From the NCBI RefSeq assembly GCF_000372725.1, contig NW_005201249.1, positions 24,198 to 88,197 on the forward strand: a stretch of DNA of 64,000 nt. The letters are read 5' to 3'. The position numbers and the translations under genes were made by a program. Source of the DNA: Emiliania huxleyi CCMP1516. Its lineage: Eukaryota. This document shows positions 1 through 11,600 of the stretch, in pieces. The notes beneath the pieces were generated by a model, which saw only the letters and a program-made list of their open reading frames with translations, was not told where the DNA came from and ran no database searches. How positions within the stretch are numbered: the first letter of the stretch is position 1; each line of letters opens with the position of its first letter.

Positions 1-172
1 CTAGACCTTTCCTGGAACCTTCCAGGCACGCTTGGCGTGGTGACGGCGTGCGCGATGGCGGTGCCGCGCGCCCCCACGTCGGTGCAGCCGGCCCTCCTCG
101 GCTCTCGCCACAGAGCACCGCAATCACCGCGCACTGGCCCTCACCCCGGCCCACCCCAACCCCCGCTCGCGC

Positions 173-432
173 GCAGGTAGAAGGGCTCAAACATGAACTG
201 GGAGATCTTATCGCGGTTCGACTTGGGGATGAGCGGCGCCTCGAACAGCAGGACCGGGTGCTCCTCGGGTGCCACGCGCAGCTCATTGTAAAAGGTGTGG
301 TGCCAGATCTTCTCCATGTTGTCCCAGTTGGTGACGATGCCGCGCTCAATCGGTTACTTGAGCGTCAGGATGCCTCGCCTCAACTGCGCCTCGTCTCCGA
401 CATACACTAATTCGGTGCCGGCTCCTCCGATC
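173..432 (-). pseudogene. Degenerate actin fragment (inverted copy of ~6189-6447), ends at assembly gap
   Basis: Reverse complement reads [55 protein letters not shown]. There is an in-frame TAA at 354-356 and scattered substitutions relative to the intact copy. It may be a low-quality read at the gap edge. Confidence 0.7.
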
Positions 433-1148
433 NNNNNNNNNNNNNNNNNNNNNNNNNNNNNNNNNNNNNNNNNNNNNNNNNNNNNNNNNNNNNNNNNNNN
501 NNNNNNNNNNNNNNNNNNNNNNNNNNNNNNNNNNNNNNNNNNNNNNNNNNNNNNNNNNNNNNNNNNNNNNNNNNNNNNNNNNNNNNNNNNNNNNNNNNNN
601 NNNNNNNNNNNNNNNNNNNNNNNNNNNNNNNNNNNNNNNNNNNNNNNNNNNNNNNNNNNNNNNNNNNNNNNNNNNNNNNNNNNNNNNNNNNNNNNNNNNN
701 NNNNNNNNNNNNNNNNNNNNNNNNNNNNNNNNNNNNNNNNNNNNNNNNNNNNNNNNNNNNNNNNNNNNNNNNNNNNNNNNNNNNNNNNNNNNNNNNNNNN
801 NNNNNNNNNNNNNNNNNNNNNNNNNNNNNNNNNNNNNNNNNNNNNNNNNNNNNNNNNNNNNNNNNNNNNNNNNNNNNNNNNNNNNNNNNNNNNNNNNNNN
901 NNNNNNNNNNNNNNNNNNNNNNNNNNNNNNNNNNNNNNNNNNNNNNNNNNNNNNNNNNNNNNNNNNNNNNNNNNNNNNNNNNNNNNNNNNNNNNNNNNNN
1001 NNNNNNNNNNNNNNNNNNNNNNNNNNNNNNNNNNNNNNNNNNNNNNNNNNNNNNNNNNNNNNNNNNNNNNNNNNNNNNNNNNNNNNNNNNNNNNNNNNNN
1101 NNNNNNNNNNNNNNNNNNNNNNNNNNNNNNNNNNNNNNNNNNNNNNNN

Positions 1149-1260
1149 ATCTCGGACGATCTCGCACGATCTCGCACGACCTCACACGATCTCGGACGAT
1201 CTCGCACGATCTCGCACGATCTCGCACGATCTCGGACGATCTCACATGATCTCGGACAAG
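1149..1260. repeat. Intronic 10-bp tandem repeat (ATCTCGCACG)n
   Basis: Directly visible. Related 10-mers occur in introns at 9795-9935, 10068-10130, 58395-58545 and 60140-60225. Confidence 0.9.
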
Positions 1261-1282
1261 TCTCGCACTCCCCCTTGCCCAG

Positions 1283-2119
1283 GTGTCTGGCTTTGGCCAC
1301 CTCGGCGACGGAAACCTCCACCTCAACATCCACACGCCGGGCGTCTTTGAGAAGCGCGAGGACGTGCAGGCAGACCCGCTCGTAGGCCTCTCGTATCCCT
1401 CTCCAGCAGACCTCTCCTAGACCTCTCCGCGCGCAGGCAAACCCGCCGCCGCAGCCGCTGTCCCGCGCCCTCACTCCGCATCTTGCCCCCCCCCCCNNNN
1501 NNNNNNNNNNNNNNNNNNNNNNNNNNNNNNNNNNNNNNNNNNNNNNNNNNNNNNNNNNNNNNNNNNNNNNNNNNNNNNNNNNNNNNNNNNNNNNNNCGGC
1601 CGAGATGGAGCCGCGCCGCTCGGCGATCCCCCCGGAAAGTGGAGGGCGTCCCTAGGGAAGACTGTGCAGCCGCCATCGAGTCGTCACCGATGAGTCACCA
1701 GCGGCAGTTGATCACAGCCGATGAGTCACCAGCGGCAGTTGATCACAGCCGATGAGTCACCAGCGGCAGTTGATCACAGCCGATGCGTCACCAGCGGTAG
1801 CTGGTCACAGGCCGCCATCGAGCCATACGTCTTCGAGTGGATCGCCGAGCGGCGCGGCTCCATCTCGGCCGAGCACGGCGTCGGCGTGATGAAGCCGCCC
1901 TTCCTGCACATGTCCAAGAGCGACGGCATGATTGGCGTGATGCGAGGCGCGCCCAGCCGAGGTTTGGCCCCCGCCGTGTGGCTGAAGAGCGTCTCTTGAT
2001 CGCTGCCGGAGAGAGTAGGCATCAAGACGATGCTCGACCCGAACAACATCCTCAACCCGCTCAAGGTGCTGCCGCCGCTCGAGGCGGCGGCAGAGGAGCG
2101 CGAGGCGGTCGCAAACTAG
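1283..2119 (+). CDS. D2HGDH: FAD-linked oxidase C-terminal exons, D-2-hydroxyglutarate dehydrogenase-like (5' part outside window or in gap)
   Basis: Exons encode GFGHLGDGNLHLNI (from 1283), IEPYVFEWIAERRGSISAEHGVGVMK (from 1811) and IKTMLDPNNILNPLKVLP, with stop TAG at 2117-2119. These are hallmark FAD-oxidase_C motifs. Confidence 0.85.
1688..1810. repeat. Intronic 31-bp tandem repeat, ~4 copies
   Basis: CGATGAGTCACCAGCGGCAGTTGATCACAGC repeated head to tail with no spacers. Confidence 0.9.
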
Positions 2120-2674
2120 CGCCGCACCGCTCGCCACACGCCGACCCGCCCGCCCTCCCTCCGTCCTCTTCGCCCTGCGGATGGCGGTCCGCTGCCTTTC
2201 ACGGCGAGGGCGACTACGGTACTTCGTGGGCGCGCGGACGCTTGCGCCCTCGCTCTTCCTCGCTGCCCTTTCGTTTCAAGTTCCCCACCGTGCGGCTCGA
2301 TGCCGGTGTTCGCACGGTGTGGAGTGCATCTCCCAGAGCCCCCAGACCGCACTCCCGTCCGAACGGTTCGGCTTTTGTGTACGACGCCCCAGGGCGCCCA
2401 CACGGGTCTCTCTCTCTCTGTCTATCTGTGCGGTATATACGTCCATGATCATGTGACCAAAGATGCGCGCAAGCGTGCGAAAGAAAAAGCGGACGAAAAC
2501 GCGACGGAGAGATAGCCGTCGCGCGTCTCTCGCTCTTGGAGAGGCTCCAAGTCTCTCGCCCTCTCGGCACCGTCGGCTCTCGCGGGTCTCGCGTCTCGGG
2601 GTCGGGCTCTCGGCAAGTCGATGTGTGTAATCTCCTAGTAGAGTGTCCGTTTTTATTTATGTACAGCGAAAGAC

Positions 2675-4258
2675 TCATTTTGCCAGATTGTCAGGGTGTG
2701 ATGGATCATCACCCTCGGGCATACACTCAAGATCAGCCTCCGAGCGGAAGTGGGCACCGGCCAGGTCTGCTGTGCAAGAGAAGGTTGTGACTGCGCAATA
2801 GCCCGTGAACCAAACATAACCGCCGCAAGCGTTCGTCTTGGCATAGTTGGAGAAGCCCGGCTTGCAGCCCACTTCGCAGCTTTGGCCCGGCATGATTTCG
2901 AAACCCGGCTGACAGCTGCTATGAGCGAAAACTGTGTTTGCCCCCGGCAGAGGTAGCATACACTTGCCGCCAGAGGAGTGGTACAAGAAGAAAACTGCGC
3001 CGCAGATCGTACCGGCTAAGGGGAAAGCGCCCAGGTACTTGAAAATGTCCAGCGACGTGTGTTGCCAAGCTCGTGACGCCAGCAATGGCATAATAAACCT
3101 CTCAAATGCGAACACGTACATCGCAACGAACAGGCAAAGCAGGGATAATCCATCGAGGTACTTGCGTTTGTAGCCGGCAACGGTCGTGATGGCAAGATGA
3201 AACACCCACAGAAAGACAAGAAGGACGAGGGAATGCGCCTTTCTGAGCGTCGCTGCGACGCCGGCTGCGACGCCGACTGCTTGCATCACAACTGAGCCAC
3301 CAACCACCCAGGCGGAAAAACCACCAACCACCATCGTAAGCCAGCCTTCCATTTGCGAGTCTCCGAGCGCGTACTTGTGATACTTGGCAATCATCAACAC
3401 GATCCAAATGCCCAGGATCATCTGTGTATGCGTTGCCATGATGCCAGCAATCTCCGCCGACCGCAGCTCAAACTCTTTGCTGGCAGCGTGGTACGCATTG
3501 AGTGCAACTCCCTGCTGCGCTGCGTTTGCAGTCATGACACTCGCGATAGCGTCGAGCATCTGGACTCTCGCCTGTGCCGTACGGTCAACCCCGAGGCCGC
3601 GCTGCTGGCGCAACTCGATCCAGCGACTGTGGATAAAACCCAGCTGCGTCTGCTGCAGACCGATTTCCTCTTTCAACCTAGACCTCTGCTCGCCGTTTGT
3701 CTCTTGTCTGAGTTTCTCAATGCTAGCGTTGACCGTCGCGTTCAGGTCACGGAAAGCACAGTCAGCCTCTGCAAGCTCCGCGTCCGCAGCCATAAGCCTC
3801 TGCTCAAGCATGACGATGCACTCCTTTGCGCCATTGACCGCCTCGGCCACCGCCTCTTGGAGGGCGTTCACCGCGGTCCGTGAGACAACAGCGCCATCCG
3901 CCCCTGCGCCGCGCGCCGCTGCGTCGCCCGCAACATCTACCTCTGCCGCCTCTGCCTCCGCCGCCTGCGCTGCCGCCGCCTGCTCTGCCGCCGCCGCCGC
4001 CTCGGCCGCAGCCGCCTCGGCCGCCGAAGACTCGGCCGCCGCCTCAGCCCGCGCCGCCTCCGCCGCCGCCTTCGCCGCCGCCGCCGCCTCAGCCGTTGCC
4101 TCCGCCTTGGCCTCGGCCTTTGCCACCGCCTCCACCGATTCCGCGTCCTCGAGATCCGCCTGCACCCTCGCCTTCTCCTCCTTCAGCGCGGCGGCCGCGG
4201 CGGCCGCCTGCGCCTCCGCCGCGACTGCGGCCGCCTGCTCTGCTGCAGATGTTCCCAT
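2675..4258 (-). CDS. Hypothetical multi-pass membrane protein: Ala/Glu-rich and coiled-coil N-terminus, ~5 TM helices, Cys-rich (sushi-like) C-terminus
   Basis: Long open frame with hydrophobic stretches (MILGIWIVLMIA; LVLLVFLWVFHLAI; LSLLCLFVAMYVFAF; FPLAGTICGAVFFLY) and C-terminal CMLP...SCEVGCKPGF...FSC...LEC. The start is uncertain because of the gap. Confidence 0.55.
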   Translation of the reverse strand: MGTSAAEQAAAVAAEAQAAAAAAALKEEKARVQADLEDAESVEAVAKAEAKAEATAEAAAAAKAAAEAARAEAAAESSAAEAAAAEAAAAAEQAAAAQAAEAEAAEVDVAGDAAARGAGADGAVVSRTAVNALQEAVAEAVNGAKECIVMLEQRLMAADAELAEADCAFRDLNATVNASIEKLRQETNGEQRSRLKEEIGLQQTQLGFIHSRWIELRQQRGLGVDRTAQARVQMLDAIASVMTANAAQQGVALNAYHAASKEFELRSAEIAGIMATHTQMILGIWIVLMIAKYHKYALGDSQMEGWLTMVVGGFSAWVVGGSVVMQAVGVAAGVAATLRKAHSLVLLVFLWVFHLAITTVAGYKRKYLDGLSLLCLFVAMYVFAFERFIMPLLASRAWQHTSLDIFKYLGAFPLAGTICGAVFFLYHSSGGKCMLPLPGANTVFAHSSCQPGFEIMPGQSCEVGCKPGFSNYAKTNACGGYVWFTGYCAVTTFSCTADLAGAHFRSEADLECMPEGDDPSHPDNLAK

Positions 4259-4526
4259 CTGCGAGAATTCGCCGAACGGCGGCTGCGAGGCCGGCTCGGA
4301 GAACTGGGGGGACAGCGCTGGCGGCGGAGGCAGAGGCGGCAGAGGTAGATGTTGCGGGCGACGCAGCGGCGCGCGGCGCAGGGGCGGATGGCGCTGTTGT
4401 CTCACGGACCGCGGTGAACGCCCTCCNNNNNNNNNNNNNNNNNNNNNNNNNNNNNNNNNNNNNNNNNNNNNNNNNNNNNNNNNNNNNNNNNNNNNNNNNN
4501 NNNNNNNNNNNNNNNNNNNNNNNNNN

Positions 4527-7196
4527 TCGCTGTCCTTTCCAGCATATTCACCCTTTGCACTAGCGGCTTCCGTTCCGGGCTCGTGCTGGTTTGTCATTGG
4601 CGCAGACATCACCTGCAACAACTTCTCGTTCATCGCTGGCCAGTGGAATCACGACACCGATGGCGATGGCGACGCCGGCGGAACCTTGTGCGAGGACAGG
4701 GCGAATGACCTGGCCCGGCGGTGCGGGATCGACTCTCACCTGGTGATCATGCACTTCAATCCACCCTCTCCGTCGCCACCCTCTCCGCCCTCTCCACCAT
4801 CCCCACCATCCCCACAACCATTCGCATCGGCCCCGCCCTCAACGAGCCTCGCGGTCATTGCCATCCTTGCTGTGTGGGCAATTGGGTGGACGGCACAGTG
4901 GGCGGCGGGTCAACGCCGACAGCGGCTCCTCAAGGCGTCACGCTCCAAAACAACAGTGGTCCGTCGCCCGAGGGAAGCGGCGGAGCGGCTGGCGGCGACG
5001 GCGGCGACGGAGCGGCTAGCAGCGGAGGCGGGGGTGGAGGCGGAGGCAAAGCGGCTGGAGGCGAATCCGGAGGTGGAGCGGCTGGAAACGGAGGCGAAGC
5101 GGCTGGCGGCGGAGCGGCTGGCGGCGGAGGCGGAGGCGGAGGCGAAGGCGGAGCGGCTGGCGGCGGAGCGGCTGGCAGCAGAGGCGGAGGCGAAGGCGAA
5201 GGCGAAGCGGCTGGCGGCCGAGGCGGAGGCGGAGGCGAAGGCGGAGCGGCTGGAGGCGGAGGCGAAGCGGCTGGCGGCGGAGCAGCTGCTGGCAGCGGAG
5301 GCGGAGGCGAAGGCGAAGGCGGAGGCGGAGCGGCTGGCGGCGGCAGCGGAGGCGAAGGCGAAGGCGGAGGCGGAGGCGGAGCGGCTGGCGGCAGACGCGG
5401 AGGCGGAGGCGGAGGCGGAGGCGGAGGTGGAGGCGGAGCGGCTGGCGGCGGAGACGGCGGCGAAGGCGAAGGCGGAGCGGCTGGCGGCGGAGCGGCTGGC
5501 AGCGGAGGCGGAGGCGAAGGCGAAGGCGAAGCGGCTGGCGGCCGAGGCGGAGGCGGAGGCGGAGGCGGAGCGGCTGGAGGCAGAGGCGGAGCGGCTGGCG
5601 GCGGAGCAGCTGCTGGCAGCGGAGGCGGAGGCGGAGGCGGAGGCGGAGGCGGAGCGGCTGGCGGCAGACGCGGAGGCGGAGGCGGAGGCGAAGGCGGAGG
5701 CGGAGGCGGAGCGGCTGGCAGCGGACGCGGAGGCGAAGCGGCTGGCGGCGGAACGGCTGGCGGCGGAGGCGGAGGTGAAGGCGGAGGCGGAGGCGGCGTG
5801 GCTGGCGGCGGAGGCGGAGGCGGAGGCGAAGGCTTGGGAGGAGCGGCTCGAGGCGAGGTTCGGCGAGGCTCTGAGCGAGGCGATGCAGCGCTGCCTCCTC
5901 AGCGAGGCGGAGGCGGATGCGCTGATTGACCGGGTCGCGGCGGCGGCGGAGACGGCGGCACGTGCGGCGGTCCTACGGGAGGTGGCGGGCGAGCTGGTGG
6001 CGCGGCTGGCAAGTGCCAGTAGCGGCGGCGGGGTGGGAGGCGGTGCGGCGGAGGCGGAGCAGAGAGAGACGGGTGACGACGAGGTTGCGGCGCTCGTGGT
6101 GGACAGCGGCTCAGGCATGTGCAAGGCTGGCTTCGCCGGCGACGACGCGCCGCGCGCGGTCTTCCCCTCCATCATCGGCCGGCGCATGATCGGAGGGGCC
6201 GGCGCCGAGCTAGTGTACGTCGGGGACGAGGCGCAGTCGAGGCGAGGCATCCTGACGCTCAAGTACCCGATCGAGCGCGGCATCGTCACCAACTGGGACA
6301 ACATGGAGAAGATCTGGCACCACACCTTTTACAATGAGCTGCGCGTGGCACCCGAGGAGCACCCGGTCCTGCTGACCGAGGCGCCGCTCAACCCCAAGGC
6401 GAACCGCGAGAAGATGGCCCAGTTCATGTTTGAGACCTTCAACGTGCCCGCCATGTACGTCGCCATCCCGGCCGTCCTCTCGCTGTACGCGTCGGGCCGC
6501 ACCACGGGCATCGTGATGGACTCGGGCGACGGTGTCTCGCACACCGTGCCTGTCTACGAGCAGAACGTGCTAGCCCACGCCATCCTGCGGCTCGACCTCG
6601 CCGGCCGAGACCTGACCGACTGGATGGTCACGCTGCTAACCGAGGTTACCGCTCGCTACTCCTTCTTTACCCCTGCAGAGCGCGAGATTGCGCGCGACAT
6701 CAAGGAGAAGCTGGCATACGTGGCGCTCGACTTTGACGCCGAGATGCAGACCGCCGCCTCGTCCTCGGCGCTCGAGAACTCGTACGAGCTACCCGACGGC
6801 CAGCTCATCACGCTCAGTGACCAACGCTTCCGCTGCTGCGAGGCGCTCTTCCAGCCTTCCCTCCTGGGGATGGCGCGGTCGGCGGGTGTGCACCAGATGG
6901 TTCACGACTCGATCACCAAGTGCGGCGACGATCTCCGCAAGGAGTTCTACGCCAACGTCGTCCTCTCGGGCGGCTCGACCATGTTCGCCGGCTTTGCGGA
7001 CCGGATGTCCAAGGAGATCACCGCACTCGCGCCCGCGTCGATGAAGGTCAGGATCATCGCGCCGCCGGAGCGCAAGTATTCGGTCTGGATCGGCGGGGCA
7101 ATCCTGGCCTCGCTCTACACCTTCCAGCAGTCGTGGATGTCGAGGCAGGAGTACGACGAGTCGGGCCCGTCCATCGTGCACCGCAAGTGCTTTTAA
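4527..7196 (+). CDS. Actin fusion protein: Pro-rich stalk, TM helix, (EAEAERLAA)n coiled coil, full-length divergent actin (from ~6072)
   Basis: Uninterrupted ORF from the gap to TAA at 7194-7196. Actin is recognisable from [33 protein letters not shown] to [15 protein letters not shown]. Hydrophobic [21 protein letters not shown] at ~4848-4910 is followed by basic QRRQRLLK. Confidence 0.9.
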
Positions 7197-7516
7197 GGGC
7201 CGCCCCAAAAGCATGCGCGTGAACCGCGAGCGAGCGGCGGAAGCGGCAGAGGCGCATGGCGGTGACGCCGCGCGTGCGAGCTCCGAGGCGCATCGACAGT
7301 GGGAACTGGACACGCAGGCACGCGTGGCTTCGCGAGCCGAGGCGGCACGAGAGCGCAGCGTGCGTGAGTGGATCGACGAGCAGCGCTGCGCCCGGCGGGT
7401 AGCGGGGGGACTTTGGTGGCTGTGATCGCCGCACTCGCCGCCCTGGGGAGCGGTTGAGGCAGTGGGTCAACCCCGAAGAGATACGTCCATGAGATACGTG
7501 CGGGAGCGCGCCTATT

Positions 7517-7872
7517 CCTGAGGGAGGGTGTAGAGGATGTAGAGTGTAGAGCGCTGTAGAGATGTAGAGATGTAGAGCGCTCTGGAGCGCTATAGAGCTG
7601 TAGAGCTCTACATCGGTGCGGGACGAACCGTCTGCGTTGCAGAGCGATGTAGAGCGCGATTTTGCTGTAGAGTTTGTTGAGAGGCTCTACAGCAAAACCG
7701 CCGGGAAGGCACAGTGACTCAAAGAGAGGTCGAGCCGCACTATAATGGGGTGTCTCCGAGCTTACTGGAGCTCGGATGGACGGCCCTGACTTTCCCTGAC
7801 ACACAGAGAGTCACTCTGACGGCACACAACACCCTATAACTGCGTCATGACCAGCAGCCTGCCATGCGTCGC
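7517..7872. mobile_element. End of a non-autonomous DNA transposon-like element with TGTAGAG subterminal repeats
   Basis: 7517-7650 matches 48162-48310 in direct orientation. 7645-7872 matches 48706-48921 in inverted orientation. Confidence 0.7.
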
Positions 7873-7992
7873 GAAAACAAAGAAAGAAAAACAAGTGACC
7901 AAATTAGGAGGGATGGGAGGACGGCACGCCGCCATGCAACAGGCGCCTGCGGCGCCGTGCTCAGGAGCTGCTGCTCCAACCTGCTCACAATT

Positions 7993-8490
7993 GGTATGTA
8001 TGTATGTGTGTATGTAGGAAGGTGAAGAACAATCAGGCTCGGACTGGACACCAACGCGGTATGGGTGGACGCTGGACAGATGATGACGACACGCACGAGC
8101 GACACACAGACACAAACAAGCTCACAAGAGTCAAGACACACAGCCAGCTGGCTGCCACACACCCTGAGTTGGCGTACACATAACTCGGGGCCACATCCTC
8201 CCTGTCGCCCCCCCCAGCACTCCACGGTGCCAAGAGTACAAACAAGGGCACAACAACACAACAGACGACAGGAAGTAACATGCGAGCCTAGAGCAGGCTT
8301 GCTCCACCTCTAGCAATCTCGCCGCCCGGCGAGGCACGGACGAGACCGTGTGTGGGGTCTTGTGAGGTGTCTATGGACGCCCCCTCACAGGCTAGCTGCC
8401 TACTGCTAGCCCTAACTCGGCCTCATGGGAGATGTCAATTCATTGTATGAGTGTATGCGAGCGGAGGCGCATGTGCTAAATCTAGGCCGC
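7993..8490 (-). mobile_element. Dispersed retroposon-like repeat (SINE/LINE 3' end) with (TACA)n tail
   Basis: Near-identical copy at ~31876-32349. A short truncated copy with a (TACC)n tail lies at ~8530-8590 and a fragment at ~30920-30980. Shared 3' ends with microsatellite tails fit non-LTR retroposition. Confidence 0.65.
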
Positions 8491-8619
8491 ACGTCGTGGC
8501 ACTATGACGGAGGTAGACAATTGGTACGGTACAGGTAGGTAGGTAGTAAGGTGAAGAACAGCCAGGCTCGGACTGGACACCACGGTACAGCATCGAAGAA
8601 AAAGAAGAAAATCGGGCCC

Positions 8620-11600
8620 ATGCTGGCCGTCGCCACGCTCAGCAGCACGCTCAGCAGCGTTCTGGCCGTCACCACGCCTCCCCGGCTCGTCGTCGGGCTC
8701 AACAAGTACTCGCACGACGCCGCAGCCACGGTGCTCGACGCAAACAGCGGCCGCGTCCGCTACTCGGCGGCACGGGAGCGGCTCACCCGCAAGAAGCACG
8801 ACGGCGGCGGCTGCGGTGCCCTCGTGGCGGCCGGCGTCGCCAGCGCGGGTGGAACGCTATGCGACGTAGCCGCCGTCGTCGCCAACAACCATCATGCGCC
8901 CATCGCGCCGCTCGAACGCCGGCTCGCCGCGTGGGCGGAGAGCTCGAACGCCGGCGATGAGATGATTAGCCGGCTCGACGTCGCGAACCTGCTGCCGGAG
9001 GTGCCGCGCCGCATCGAGATCTCGCACCATCTCGCGCACGCTGCGGCCGCGTCGGCGACCGCGCCTTTTGACTCCGGCCTCGTCGTTGTCATGGACGGGA
9101 TGGGTGAGCGGCGAAGCGACCTGGTCGGCCGGGCGGCCGGCGCGGCGCCGCTGGACAGGGTGGACTACTCTGCGGCCGAGTGGCCCGAGTACGTGAGCGA
9201 CGCGCTGCTGCCTGGCTACGACACGTGCGTGCAGGCCGGTGCCGCGGCGAGCGACGCCGCGCGCGAGTCCGAGTCGGCGTGACCTCTTCGAGACGGTGGT
9301 ATTGCGACAAGGAGGAGCCTTCCCTGAACCGTCTCGGAACCTTCCTGCAGGCGTACCTCTTCGAGACGGTGGCGGCGAGGGGCGGGAGGAGGCGGCCGCG
9401 GCTGCAGAGAGGGAGAGGTGGAGGAAGGGGGGGGGAGGCTCACGCGGCCCGTGAGTCTGGTCGAAGCCCCTCCCCTGCAGGCACCGCGTGCTGCGGCCCG
9501 TGTAATCTCCCCACATCTCCCCATATCTCCCCACACCTGCAGGCACCGCGTGCTGCGGCCCGTGTACAAGCGGTGGGCCGCCGAGACGTCCCAGCTCGGC
9601 TTCTCCGACTGGTACCACGACTTCGACGGGCTCGGCGCCGCCTCTTGCCCCACGTGGCGCCGCTCCGAGGCGAGCCGACCGTCCCGGAGCCTGCTCCGAG
9701 TGTCGCCGCGTAGGAGGCGTCTACTCGCGCGTCGCGGCGCACGTGTTTGGCGACTGGAACACGTGCGGAAAGGCGACGGGGCCCTCGCCCCGCGATCTCG
9801 ACCGATCTCTCGGCCAATCTCGGCCAATCTCGGCCAATCTCGGCCAATCTCGACCGATCTCTCGGCCAATCTCGGCCAATCTCGGCCGATCTCGGCCGAT
9901 CTCGGCCGATCTCGGCCAGATCTCGGCCGATCTCTCGCCAGGTGATGGGTCTCGCCCCTTGGGTGCGCGGCTGGGGCGGCGAGGCGACCGCGGGCGAGGC
10001 GGTGCGCGGCGCGGCTTGGGGCGCGGTGACGGCGGCGGAGTGGGCTTGCGACGCGGCGCGCGACAGCCGAGATGGAGCCGAGATGGAGCCGAGATAGAGC
10101 CGAGGTGGAGCCGAGATAGAGCCGAGATAGAGCCCTGTTAAGTCCGACATGCGGCCGAGATACCGCCGAGTGGGGCGGCGCGGAGCGCGAGAGCGAGGGG
10201 AGGCGGCGTGAGAGAGCGGAGTGTGTGTAACGTGAGGGTGGGCACGTGAGGGCGTGGCGCGGCGGCTGCTGCGCGCGGCTCTGCATGCGGCTCTGCATGT
10301 TGCTGTGCTGCTGCTCGGCTGCTGCTGTGGCTCGGCACGCTGCCCTGCTCGAGTAGGCGCGCGAGCTGAAGGCGGTGCCCACTCTCTGCTCCGGCCGGCT
10401 GCTCCGCGACGACAACACGCCGGGCGACTTCGCTGTCCGCTCGGCCGAGCTGGAGAAGTACCTCTCGGGCCCGGCTCAGCGGGGTGCGGGCCCAGCCTGG
10501 TCTGACCCGCGGCGGCGAGCGGCGGCGGCGGCGCTGTCCGCGGCTGTGCAGCGCGACCTCGAGGCGTGCGCGACCGACTTCCTCGCCACGCTTCGGAGCA
10601 TCCACGCGCCGTGCGGCGAGCGGCTCGCCATCGCGGGCGGCGTCGGCTTGAACTCGGTCTTGAACGGCATCACGGCGGCCGAGGGCCGTAGGGGAGTGTC
10701 TCGTCGCTGCGAGGGCGGGGGCGGCGTCTCTTCACGCCAACGAGCTGTGAACACAGGCGGATTCGACGACGTTTGGGTCCCGTCGGCGCCTGGAGACGAC
10801 GGGATCGCCCTCGGGTGCGCCGCGTTTGGCGCAGCGCTCCTCGACGGCGCATACGGGAGTGAGGCGGCGGCGGGGGCGGCGGCGGCGGGGGCGGCGGCGG
10901 CGGCTGCGGCGGAGGCGGAGGCGGCGGAGGCGGAGGCGGAGGCGGAGGCGGAGGCGGAGGCGGAGGCGGCAGAGGCGAGGGCGGCAGAGGTGGGGGCCAG
11001 AGCGGCGCCGTCGCCCTACGGCGGCACCGCGCACCCGCCGGGTGCTGTCGAGGCGGCGCTCGAGGAGTACGCTGGCTTCGTGGAGGCGGAGTGGCTGACC
11101 GAGGCGGCCGCCATCGAGCGGACCGCCGCCTCGCTCGCCGCGGGCGAGATACTGGCCTTGTGGGCGAGCGGCGGCGCCGAGTACGGCCCGCGCGCCCTCG
11201 GCCGGCGCTCGATCGTCGCCGACCCGCGAAACGCCGCCGCAGTCGACCGACTCAACCGGCTGGTCAAGAAGCGGGAGCCCTTCCGGCCGTTTGCGCCGTC
11301 GGTGCGTCTCGGCCCCGCAGCAGGCGAGGGCCTCCGCTACGACCAGCTTCTCTCTCGCGCCCCCTCTGCAGGTGCTCGCCGAGCACGCCGGAGAGTGGTT
11401 CGAGGGCGAGCCGCCGCCGTCCTCCTGCTAGACCTCTCCTCCACCTCTCCTCCACCTCTCCTCGAGCCGCCGTGCAGGCGTGCCGCCGTCGGGCTCTCCC
11501 TACATGTCCTTCGCGCTGCCGTGCAAGCGGCGCGACGCTATCCCGGCCGTGTGCCACGTCGACGGCTCCGCGCGGCTCCAGACGGCGAGCGGCGAGGCGG

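Noticed and set aside
173..432. Inverted actin copy as an antisense regulator or second gene
   Set aside because: It has a stop codon, abuts a gap and sits within another gene's intron region. It cannot be distinguished from a misplaced low-quality read.
1688..1810. 31-bp repeats (also 17-bp repeats at 57375-57460) as CRISPR or regulatory arrays
   Set aside because: Head-to-tail intronic minisatellites without spacers.
3858..4426. Perfect ~105-bp inverted duplication (3858-3964 versus 4320-4426)
   Set aside because: It ends exactly at a gap and duplicates coding sequence, so a chimeric read or assembly artefact is most likely.
3384..4526. N-terminal 380 aa of the 1270-aa ORF as part of the actin fusion
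   Set aside because: It is the antisense of the 2675-4258 gene and joins the rest only through an N gap of nominal length.
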